DNA of 64,000 bases from Nemertoderma westbladi. Lineage: Eukaryota; Animalia; Xenacoelomorpha. Each line of letters opens with the position of its first letter. The first letter of the stretch is position 1. Shown in pieces: positions 27,101 to 39,263 of the stretch. Where the stretch lies: NCBI GenBank assembly GCA_032718475.1, contig JAUCBJ010006617.1, forward strand, positions 13,647 through 77,646. The letters run 5' to 3'. The notes below the pieces were generated by a model. That model worked only from the letters and a program-made list of their open reading frames with translations. It did no database searches and was not told the DNA's origin. The position numbers and the translations under genes were made by a program.

Positions 27101-27867
27101 CCACTAACTTTCCCCCGCCTCCCGGAACTTCCTCCGACCGACGAGACCGAATCCTCGGAGTTAACCTCGGATTCGCCCTCCCCAGGTCTCTTCCAACCCA
27201 CTAACTTAACTTCCCTGGCATCGACTAAGTATGGCCCTATGTACACTACACTAGGTTCCATACCCCCACATTCCCACAGTTTAAACAGTTCGAAGGCAAC
27301 TCCCCACGCCCTCAACTCTGCTAGTTCTCTCTGCCCAGAACACACTAGGTGATCAAAGTATCTGTCCGACTCACCTAGTCCCTTTGTCATCCTGACCTCG
27401 TCTATTCTCGCCCCCTCCTTGGCCTCCTTTAGTAGTTCCCGGGTCGCGTTGTAGGCCCGTCGGAGTCGATCAGAAACCCCGACGTCCTCGTCGCCGACCT
27501 CTCCTCTGTTTCTCCGGGTCCGGCGTCGTACCGACGGCCCCACCGTCGCCGTTCCGGTGGACCGTTCGTCGTCCTCGGCCTGTGGCGGACCGGCGACATC
27601 GGTTCGTCGACCCTCGCTCCGCGTCGACTCGTCTTTCTCTTCTCCTCCCGACTCGTCTCCTCTACTCGACTCGCTCTCTCCTGGTAGACGACCCCCCACA
27701 CCTTGGTTCGCCGTGTTGCTCGTTATCGACGTGGCGTCAACGTGCGTCGACGTGGTCGGCGTAGCATCGACCGGCGTCGTGGGTTCGTATCGTCTCGCCG
27801 TGGCCTCGCGGATCGTTAGATCGTCGTCCGGGGTCCGCGGCGGTGTCGTTCCTTTCTCTCGGCTCAT
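24184..27867 (-). pseudogene. Gag-like ORF of copy 1, broken by two frameshifts (near 27095 and 24855)
   Basis: ORFs 27046-27867, 24848-27034 and 24184-24903 together are colinear with the intact 1228-aa ORF at 51172-54858. Confidence 0.9.
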
Positions 27868-27955
27868 CTCGCCTTTAGTAGCTGGTCGTCGCTAGCTAGG
27901 ACGGTAGCTCTATTCTATCTCTGTCAGGGCAGCTGGGCGGATCTAGTTCTGTCAC

Positions 27956-28505
27956 TGTGACGGGATCTACGGATCCCGGTTTATCCGTTTGGGTTTTCTG
28001 CCCACGCGTCCCCGCCGTGTGTGAAAGGTAAAAGAGTTCTGATGTTGGGTAATATGTATAAAGGTATAATAGTCCGACAGTTGATATAATATAGTATGAC
28101 ACAATAGGTAATATATAATGGCGGTAGCGGACGGTGACAGAAGTCCCCGTTCCACCCTACTGATCTGACTGAGTAAACTGAATAACTGACCGGTATGATT
28201 ACTGGTAACTGGTTATATTGCACGGTGGCCTTATTGCTACTCAATCGATGCCTTTCCCCCCTCTGATTGGTTGATACCCCTGTTGGCACCCTTTGCCCCC
28301 CTCTGAAGTGCTTCCCTTCGCCCTTGCTGTTCTCTCTCTTGTCAGGGGAGTAACCCCTGACCCTTATTGTGTGTGTCTCCTTTGGGGCCTATTGTCCCCG
28401 TTTACTGGGCTGACACGAGGTTGATTGGTAATCAACCTCGTGCTCCCAATATTGCTTTATGGCTCACTCTATGGGTTTGTGTTAGCGGAATTGGATAAGC
28501 TAACA
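27956..28505 (-). repeat. 5' LTR of copy 1 (550 bp)
   Basis: Direct repeat of 21659-22211. Confidence 0.95.
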
Positions 28506-31500
28506 ATAGTACACAGTAACACTGCCTAGACTTACAAACCGGAACCCATGCTGGTTGGGCTGTGTATAGTAGTACACAGTAACACTGCCTAGACTTACAA
28601 ACCGGAACCCATGCTGGTTGGGCTGTGTATAGTAGTACACAGTAGCACTGCCTAGACTTACAAACCGGAACCCATGCTGGTTGGGCTGTGTATATGTAAC
28701 GATAGTACACAGTAACACTGCCTAGACTTACAAACCGGAACCCATGCTGGTTGGGCTGTGTATATGTAACGATAGTATACAGTAACACTGCCTAGACTTA
28801 CAATCCGGAACCCATGCTGGTTGGGCTGTGTATATGTAACGATAGTACACAGTAACACTGCCTAGACTTACAAACCGGAACCCATGCTGGTTGGGCTGTG
28901 TATATGTAACGATAGTACACAGTAACACTGCCTAGACTTACAAACCGGAACCCATGCTGGTTGGGCTGTGTATATGTAACGATAGTACACAGTAACACTG
29001 CCTAGACTTACAAACCGGAACCCATGCTGGTTGGGCTGTGTATATGTAACGATAGTACACAGTAACACTGCCTAGACTTACAAACCGGAACCCATGCTGG
29101 TTGGGCTGTGTATAGTAGTACACAGTAGCACTGCCTAGACTTACAAACCGGAACCCATGCTGGTTGGGCTGTGTATAGTAGTACACAGTAGCACTGCCTA
29201 GACTTACAAACCGGAACCCATGCTAGTTGGGCTGTGTATAGTAGTACACAGTAACACTGCCTAGACTTACAAACCGGAACCCATGCTGGTTGGGCTGTGT
29301 ATATGTAACGATAGTACACAGTAACACTGCCTAGACTTACAAACCGGAACCCATGCTGGTTGGGCTGTGTATAGTAGTACACAGTAATACTGCCTAGACT
29401 TACAAACCGGAACCCATGCTGGTTGGGCTGTGTATATGTAACGATAGTACACAGTAACACTGCCTAGACTTACAAACCGGAACCCATGCTGGTTGGGCTG
29501 TGTATAGTAGTACACAGTAGCACTGCCTAGACTTACAAACCGGAACCCATGCTGGTTGGGCTGTGTATATGTAACGATAGTACACAGTAACACTGCCTAG
29601 ACTTACAAACCGGAACCCATGCTGGTTGGGCTGTGTATAGTAGTACACAGTAGCACTGCCTAGACTTACAAACCGGAACCCATGCTGGTTGGGCTGTGTA
29701 TATGTAACGATAGTACACAGTAACACTGCCTAGACTTACAAACCGGAACCCATGCTGGTTGGGCTGTGTATAGTAGTACACAGTAGCACTGCCTAGACTT
29801 ACAAACCGGAACCCATGCTGGTTGGGCTGTGTATATGTAACGATAGTACACAGTAACACTGCCTAGACTTACAAACCGGAACCCATGCTGGTTGGGCTGT
29901 GTATAGTAGTACACAGTAGCACTGCCTAGACTTACAAACCGGAACCCATGCTGGTTGGGCTGTGTATATGTAACGATAGTACACAGTAACACTGCCTAGA
30001 CTTACAAACCGGAACCCATGCTGGTTGGGCTGTGTATAGTAGTACACAGTAACACTGCCTAGACTTACAAACCGGAACCCATGCTGGTTGGGCTGTGTAT
30101 AGTAGTACACAGTAACACTGCCTAGACTTACAAACCGGAACCCATGCTGGTTGGGCTGTGTATAGTAGTACACAGTAACACTGCCTAGACTTACAAACCG
30201 GAACCCATGCTGGTTGGGCTGTGTATAGTAGTACACAGTAGCACTGCCTAGACTTACAAACCGGAACCCATGCTGGTTGGGCTGTGTATATGTAACGATA
30301 GTACACAGTAACACTGCCTAGACTTACAAACCGGAACCCATGCTGGTTGGGCTGTGTATAGTAGTACACAGTAGCACTGCCTAGACTTACAAACCGGAAC
30401 CCATGCTGGTTGGGCTGTGTATAGTAGTACACAGTAACACTGCCTAGACTTACAATCCGGAACCCATGCTGGTTGGGCTGTGTATAGTAGTACACAGTAA
30501 CACTGCCTAGACTTACAAACCGGAACCCATGCTGGTTGGGCTGTGTATATGTAACGATAGTACACAGTAACACTGCCTAGACTTACAAACCGGAACCCAT
30601 GCTGGTTGGGCTGTGTATAGTAGTACACAGTAGCACTGCCTAGACTTACAAACCGGAACCCATGCTGGTTGGGCTGTGTATATGTAACGATAGTACACAG
30701 TAACACTGCCTAGACTTACAAACCGGAACCCATGCTGGTTGGGCTGTGTATAGTAGTACACAGTAGCACTGCCTAGACTTACAAACCGGAACCCATGCTG
30801 GTTGGGCTGTGTATATGTAACGATAGTACACAGTAACACTGCCTAGACTTACAAACCGGAACCCATGCTGGTTGGGCTGTGTATAGTAGTACACAGTAGC
30901 ACTGCCTAGACTTACAAACCGGAACCCATGCTGGTTGGGCTGTGTATATGTAACGATAGTACACAGTAACACTGCCTAGACTTACAAACCGGAACCCATG
31001 CTGGTTGGGCTGTGTATAGTAGTACACAGTAACACTGCCTAGACTTACAAACCGGAACCCATGCTGGTTGGGCTGTGTATATGTAACGATAGTACACAGT
31101 AACACTGCCTAGACTTACAAACCGGAACCCATGCTGGTTGGGCTGTGTATATGTAACGATAGTACACAGTAACACTGCCTAGACTTACAAACCGGAACCC
31201 ATGCTGGTTGGGCTGTGTATAGTAGTACACAGTAACACTGCCTAGACTTACAAACCGGAACCCATGCTGGTTGGGCTGTGTATATGTAACGATAGTACAC
31301 AGTAACACTGCCTAGACTTACAAACCGGAACCCATGCTGGTTGGGCTGTGTTATGTACGTAGTACACAGTAGCACTGCCTAGACTTACAAACCGGAACCC
31401 ATGCTGGTTGGGCTGTGTATATGTAACGATAGTACACAGTAACACTGCCTAGACTTACAAACCGGAACCCATGCTGGTTGGGCTGTGTATAGTAGTACAC

Positions 31501-31780
31501 AGTAACACTGCCTAGACTTACAAACCGGAACCCATGCTGGTTGGGCTGTGTATATGTAACGATAGTACACAGTAACACTGCCTAGACTTACAAACCGGAA
31601 CCCATGCTGGTTGGGCTGTGTTATGTACGTAGTACACAGTAACACTGCCTAGACTTACAATCCGGAACCCATGCTGGTTGGGCTGTGTATATGTAACGAC
31701 GCTAGGTGGCGTTCCAATCATATCAGTTATAAGCAAGGTTAACAATATATATATGGATTTAAACTTAAATCGAGCAAAAT
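28506..31780. repeat. Minisatellite array, right part (70/63-bp units, ending in a partial 184-bp unit)
   Basis: Same units as 15142-21658; the array resumes exactly at the TSD. Confidence 0.98.
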
Positions 31781-32279
31781 AAGTAAACTAAAACCGCAAA
31801 GAACACTTTTGCGTTAACAAATTGTCATATTGGGAGACGTATTGAAATTACGATTAAGAAAAAATTATGTATAATTAACTATTTTCTCCAAATATTTTTT
31901 TAAAACTTTTCATAAAATATAAAATTTTTCTGACCTTACATGTACAAAAGTATCTTAGACCTATATTCCACATTATAGCCCAAAACTAACCATTTTGAAG
32001 CACCGAGAGTGATAAATCGAAAATTTGTCTGAAACCCCCCCCCCCCCCTGCCTCAAAAACGCCATTGTAGATTTATAGAGCTAATTAAAAATATATATTT
32101 TTGCAGTTCATATTTATACTTTAATATTAATAAACAAATAACCACTGCACAGAGTATACTGGAACTGTTCCACAATAAATGTCCTATACTATATTGCATA
32201 TTTACACGATCGTCACTATTATATAATAAATAATAATTATTCATTAAACATTCCCCTATTAACACCATCCCTTATATTA

Positions 32280-34868
32280 CAAGGAGCCACGTAGTGGCTC
32301 GAAGATGAATTCATTACTTTTGCTACCTCTGTGGTATTGTATCGCATTGTCCAATCGACCGACCGTCTGTAGCTGATCTCTGTAAATCAATCGGTTTAGG
32401 ACGTGAATTAAATTTAAAGTTTCCAAGGCAACCAATAAAACCCCATGAGTATTTACCTCCAGTTAAAATTCGAACGTCAGTTGCACCACCTAGAGGAAGC
32501 GAAATAATTTATTATTAAATTAGTAATATCTGACTCTTTGCGCCACCTAGAGGAAGCAAAATAATTTATTATTATATTAGCATTAGTTAACTCTTTGCGC
32601 CACCTAGAGAAAGCAAAGTAATTTATTATTCAATTAATATTAGCTGACTTTTTTTGCACAACTTAGAGGAAGCAAAATTATGTATTATTAAATTAATATT
32701 AGCCGATTCTTTTTGCGCCACTTATAGGAAGCAAAATTATTTATTATTAAATTAATATTAGCCGACTCTTTGCGCCACCTAGAGGAAGCAAAATTATTTA
32801 TTATTAAATTAATATAGCTGACTCATTACTCCACCTTGAGGAATCAAAATAATTTATTAATAAATTAATATTAGCTGATTCTTTGCGCCACCTAAAGGAA
32901 GCAAAATTATTTATTATTAAATTAATATTAGCCGACTCTTTGCGCCACCTAGAGGAAGCAAAATTATTTATTATTAAATAAATATTAGCTGACTCATTGC
33001 GCCACCTTGAGGAATCAAAATTATTTATTAATAAATTAATATTAGCCGACTCTTTGCGCCACCTAGAGGAAGCAAAATAATTTATTAATAAATCAATATT
33101 AGCCGACTCTTTGCGCCACCTAGAGGAAGCAAAATTATTTATTAATAAATTAATATTAGCCGACTCTTTGCGCCACCTTGAGGAATCAAAATAATTTATT
33201 AATAAATTAATATTAGCTGATTCTTTGCGCCATCTAGAGGAAGCAAAATTATTTATTATTAAATTAATATTATCCGACTCTTTGCGCCACCTAGAGGAAG
33301 CAACATTATTTATTATTAAATTAATATTAGCTTACTCATTGCGCCACCTTGAGGAATCAAAATAATTTATTAATAAATTCATATTAGCTGATTCTATGCG
33401 CCACCTAGAGGAAGCAAAATTATTTATTATTAAATTAATATGGGCCGACTCTTTGCGCCACCTAGAGGAAGCAAAATTATTTATTATTAAATAAATATTA
33501 GCTGACTCATTGCGCCACCTTGAGGAATCAAAATTATTTATTAATAAATTAATATTAGCTGATTCTTTGCGCCATCTAGAGGAAGCAAAATTATTTATTA
33601 TTAAATTAATATTAGCCGACTCTTTGCGCCACCTAGAGGAAGCAAAATTATTTATTATTAAATAAATATTAGCTGACTCATTGCGCCACCTTGAGGAATC
33701 AAAATTATTTATTAATAAATTAATATTAGCCGACTCTTTGCGCCACCTAGAGGAAGCAAAATAATTTATTAATAAATCAATATTAGCTGACTCATTGCGC
33801 CACCTTGAGGAATCAAAATAATTTATTAATAAATTAATATTAGCTGATTCTTTGCGCCATCTAGAGGAAGCAAAATTATTTATTATTAAATTAATATTAG
33901 CTTACTCATTGCGCCACCTTGAGGAATCAAAATAATTTATTAATAAATTCATATTAGCTGATTCTATGCGCCACCTAGAGGAAGCAAAATTATTTATTAT
34001 TAAATTAATATGGGCCGACTCTTTGCGCCACCTAGAGGAAGCAAAATTATTTATTATTAAATAAATATTAGCTGACTCATTGCGCCACCTTGAGGAATCA
34101 AAATTATTTATTATTAAATTAATATTAGCTGACTCATTGCGCCACCTTGAGGAATCAAGATTATTTATTAATAAATTAATATTAGCTGATTCTTTGCGCC
34201 ATCTAGAGGAAGCAAAATTATTTATTATTAAATTAATATTAGCCGACTCTTTGCGCCACCTAGAGGAAGCAAAATTATTTATTATTAAATTAATATAGCT
34301 GATTCTTTGCGCCACCTAGAGGAAGCAAGATTATTTATTATTAAATTAATATTAGCCGACTCTTTGCGCCACCTAGAGGAAGCAAAATAATTTATTAATA
34401 AATCAATATTAGCTGACTCATTGCGCCACCTTGAGGAATCAAAATAATTTATTAATAAATTAATATTAGCTGATTCTTTGCGCCATGTAGAGGAAGCAAA
34501 ATTATTTATTAATAAATTAATATTAGCTGATTCTTTGCGCCATGTAGAGGAAGCAAAATTATTTATTATTAAATTAATATTAGCCGACTCTTTGCGCCAC
34601 CTAGAGGAAGGACATACTCTTTTCTAAATCAAATTGGCATGTCATTACCGAAAAGTTGCGTTTCGACCGCAAAAAAATATTATAGATCCATCCTATAATG
34701 CCATTAGCAAATAGGTGTTACGAATTGTATGAAAAATATCCTCATATCCTCTAATCTATATTGGGTTCTGTGCAGAATGAGTAATTACATCGGTTTATCA
34801 TAATATATGATATGTGATAAACACTCACAGACTCACTAACTATCTCTCACTCACCAATATATATAATA
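32280..34868 (-). mobile_element. Putative non-autonomous Helitron/Helentron-like element carrying the 57-bp array
   Basis: On the minus strand it starts with a (TA)n run and a degenerate (GTGA)n microsatellite, and ends with the hairpin GAGCCAC-TAC-GTGGCTC immediately followed by CTTG(T). The canonical 5' TC is not clear. Confidence 0.45.
32483..34610. repeat. 57-bp satellite, about 37 copies, each with a CTCF-like GC-rich core
   Basis: Unit gactctttgcgccacctagaggaagcaaaattatttattattaaattaatattagcc; produces the 19-aa periodic shadow ORFs. Confidence 0.97.
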
Positions 34869-35041
34869 TCATCAATATTTAATCCAACAGAATCTCCTTT
34901 AGATCTGCCGCTAATAGCTTCTCCTCTGTCAACAATCAAAGAACCTCGTTTTCCATTCCTAAAAATAAAAAGTCGAACTACATTTTGGTGGACAGGTTTC
35001 CAGTAATCGCATTTACAGATAATTATAGCATATTATAATAT

Positions 35042-38000
35042 AGTAATAAACATTCCATTACAACTCACTACCTCCCATCCATAGTTAAGTAATAAACATT
35101 CCATTACAACTCACTACCTCCAATCCATAGTTAAGTAATAAACATTCCATTACAACTCACTACCACCCATCCATAGTTAAGTAATAGGTATTCCATTACA
35201 ACTCACTACCACCCATCCATAGTTAAGTAATAAACATTCCATTACAACTCACTACCTCCAATCCATAGTTAAGTAATAAACATTCCATTACAACTCACTA
35301 CCTCCCATCCATAGTTAAGTAATAAACATTCCATTACAACTCACTACCTCCAATCCATAGTTAAGCAATAAACATTCCATTACAACTCACTACCTCCCAT
35401 CCATAGTTAAGTAATAGGTATTCCATTACAACTCACTACCACCCATCCATAGTTAAGTAATAAACATTCCATTACAACTCACTACCTCCAATCCATAGTT
35501 AAGTAATAAACATTCCATTACAACTCACTACCTCCAATCCATAGTTAAGTAATAGGTATTCCATTACAACTCACTACCACCCATCCATAGTTAAGTAATA
35601 AACATTCCATTACAACTCACTACCTCCAATCCATAGTTAAGTAATAAACATTCCATTACAACTCACTACCTCCCATCCATAGTTAAGTAATAAACATTCC
35701 ATTACAACTCACTACCTCCAATCCATAGTTAAGTAATAAACATTCCATTACAACTCACTACCTCCAATCCATAGTTAAGTAATAAACATTCCATTACAAC
35801 TCACTACCTCCCATCCATAGTTAAGTAATAAACATTCCATTACAACTCACTACCTCCCATCCATAGTTAAGTAATAAACATTCCATTACAACTCACTACC
35901 TCCCATCCATAGTTAAGTAATAAACATTCCATTACAACTCACTACCTCCAATCCATAGTTAAGTAATAAACATTCCATTACAACTCACTCCTTCCCATCC
36001 ATAGTTAAGTAATAAACATTCCATTACAACTCACTACCTCCCATCCATAGTTAAGCAATAAACATTCCATTACAACTCACTACCTCCCATCCATAGTTAA
36101 GTAATAAACATTCCATTACAACTCACTACCTCCCATTCATAGTTAAGTAATAAACATTCCATTACAATTCACTACCTCCCATCCATAGTTAAGTAATAAA
36201 CATTCCATTACAACTCACTACCTCCAATCCATAGTTAACTAATAAACATTCCATTACAACTCACTACCTCCAATCCATAGTTAACTAATAAACATTCCAT
36301 TACAACTCACTACCTCCCATCCATAGTTAAGTAATAAACATTCCATTACAACTCACTACCTCCAATCCATAGTTAAGTAATAAACATTCCATTACAACTC
36401 ACTACCTCCCATCCATAGTTAAGTAATAAACATTCCATTACAACTTACTACCTCCCATCCATAGTTAAGTAATAAACATTCCATTACAACTCACTACCTC
36501 CCATCCATAGTTAAGTAATAAACATTCCATTACAACTCACTACCTCCAATCCATAGTTAACTAATAAACATTCCATTACAACTCACTACCTCCCATCCAT
36601 AGTTAAGTAATAAACATTCCATTACAACTCACTACCTCCAATCCATAGTTAACTAATAAACATTCCATTACAACTCACTACCTCCAATCCATAGTTAACT
36701 AATAAACATTCCATTACAACTCACTACCTCCCATCCATAGTTAAGTAATAAACATTCCATTACAACTCACTACCTCCAATCCATAGTTAAGTAATAAACA
36801 TTCCATTACAACTCACTACCTCCCATCCATAGTTAAGTAATAAACATTCCATTACAACTTACTACCTCCCATCCATAGTTAAGTAATAAACATTCCATTA
36901 CAACTCACTACCTCCCATCCATAGTTAAGTAATAAACATTCCATTACAACTCACTACCTCCAATCCATAGTTAACTAATAAACATTCCATTACAACTCAC
37001 TACCTCCCATCCATAGTTAAGTAATAAACATTCCATTACAACTCACTACCTCCCATCCATAGTTAAGTAATAAACATTCCATTACAACTCACTACCTCCC
37101 ATCCATAGTTAAGTAATAAACATTCCATTACAACTCACTACCTCCCATCCATAGTTAAGTAATAAACATTCCATTACAACTCACTACCTCCAATCCATAG
37201 TTAACTAATAAACATTCCATTACAACTCACTACCTCCCATCCATAGTTAAGTAATAAACATTCCATTACAACTCACTACCACCCATCCATAGTTAAGTAA
37301 TAAACATTCCATTACAACTCACTACCTCCCATCCATAGTTAAGTAATAAACATTCCATTACAACTCACTACCTCCCATCCATAGTTAAGTAATAAACATT
37401 CCATTACAACTCACTACCTCCCATCCATAGTTAAGTAATAAACATTCCATTACAACTCACTACCTCCCATCCATAGTTAAGTAATAAACATTCCATTACA
37501 ACTCACTACCTCCCATCCATAGTTAAGCAATAAACATTCCATTACAACTCACTACCTCCCATCCATAGTTAAGTAATAAACATTCCATTACAACTCACTA
37601 CCTCCAATCCATAGTTAAGTAATAAACATTCCATTACAACTCACTACCTCCAATCCATAGTTAAGTAATAAACATTCCATTACAACTCACTACCTCCAAT
37701 CCATAGTTAAGTAATAAACATTCCATTACAACTCACTACCTCCAATCCATAGTTAACTAATAAACATTCCATTACAACTCACTACGTCCCATCCATAGTT
37801 AAGTAATAAACATTCCATTACAACTCACTACCACCCATCCATAGTTAAGCAATAAACATTCCATTACAACTCACTACCTCCCATCCATAGTTAAGTAATA
37901 AACATTCCATTACAACTCACTACCTCCAATCCATAGTTAAGTAATAAACATTCCATTACAACTCACTACCTCCAATCCATAGTTAAGTAATAAACATTCC

Positions 38001-38836
38001 ATTACAACTCACTACGTCCCATCCATAGTTAAGTAATAAACATTCCATTACAACTCACTACCTCCAATCCATAGTTAAGTAATAAACATTCCATTACAAC
38101 TCACTACCTCCAATCCATAGTTAAGTAATAAACATTCCATTACAACTCACTACCTCCAATCCATAGTTAACTAATAAACATTCCATTACAACTCACTACG
38201 TCCCATCCATAGTTAAGTAACAAACATTCCATTACAACTCACTACCTCCCATCCATAGTTAAGTAATAAACATTCCATTACAACTCACTACCTCCAATCC
38301 ATAGTTAAGTAATAAACATTCCATTACAACTCACTACGTCCCATCCATAGTTAAGTAATAAACATTCCATTACAACTCACTACCTCCAATCCATAGTTAA
38401 GTAATAAACATTCCATTACAACTCACTACCTCCAATCCATAGTTAACTAATAAACATTCCATTACAACTCACTACGTCCCATCCATAGTTAAGTAACAAA
38501 CATTCCATTACAACTCACTACCTCCCATCCATAGTTAAGTAATAAACATTCCATTACAACTCACTACCTCCAATCCATAGTTAAGTAATAAACATTCCAT
38601 TACAACTCATTACGTCCCATCCATAGTTAAGTAATAAACATTCCATTACAACTCACTACGTCCCATCCATAGTTAAGTAATAAACATTCCATTACAACTC
38701 ACTACCACCCATCCATAGTAAGTAATAAACATTCCATTACAACTCACTACCTCCAATCCATAGTTAACTAATAAACATTCCATTACAACTCACTACGTCC
38801 CATCCATAGTTAAGTAACAAACATTCCATTACAACT
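35042..38836. repeat. 46-bp satellite, about 82 copies
   Basis: Unit agtaataaacattccattacaactcactacctcccatccatagtta; ends exactly at the Copia LTR. Confidence 0.98.
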
Positions 38837-39123
38837 TGTTATGATTAACTCATTGAATAAGATATTCAATAAAAGACAATAAACTCTGAACTGAGACTAG
38901 ATAGACTAATTAATAATTAGATAGATTCACTTTATTGATTTATATTGTATACGACCTACTATACTTAAATGTATCAGTTGTTTGCAGCTGTTAGGCATTC
39001 AGCTGTAACAGGGATGTATTAGTATTTTCTGTTACTGTCTCTGCTTTACGTTTCTCATATATATTATCTTATTATATTACCTTTCATTACCTTTCGTATT
39101 ATACATTGATTTAATTCTTAACA
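38837..39123 (+). repeat. 5' LTR of the Copia element (287 bp)
   Basis: TGTTA...TAACA inverted termini directly followed by the PBS; the partner LTR is not in the window. Confidence 0.75.
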
Positions 39124-39135
39124 TGGTAGCAGAGC
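39124..39135 (+). promoter_or_regulatory. Primer-binding site complementary to the 3' end of initiator tRNA-Met
   Basis: TGGTAGCAGAGC immediately after the LTR. Confidence 0.9.
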
Positions 39136-39263
39136 GTGAAAAGATCAATAATGTAATTAAAATATTCGTAAATTTTAATGTCTGTAATTAAATGAATAAA
39201 ATTAATTATTAAAAAAAAAAAATATTTTTAAAATTGTATTGAAATATTTGAGTACTGGATCTT

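Larger units (their letters stand above)
21659..28505 (-). mobile_element. Non-autonomous LTR retrotransposon, copy 1 (6847 bp), inserted in the minisatellite
   Basis: TG...CA LTRs at 21659-22211 and 27956-28505; 5-bp TSD ATAGT at 21654-21658 and 28506-28510; polypurine tract next to the 3' LTR; no pol. Confidence 0.95.

Noticed and set aside
15086-31745. Dozens of 66-234 aa ORFs (MLLCTIVTYTQPNQHGFR...)
   Set aside because: Translation artefacts of the tandem array with non-ATG starts.
15142-31780. CRISPR-like repeat-spacer array
   Set aside because: There are no unique spacers; the intervening sequences are identical or nested deletions of one unit. No cas genes, and the context is eukaryotic.
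33902-34315. 19-aa repeat proteins on both strands
   Set aside because: Shadow ORFs of the 57-bp satellite.
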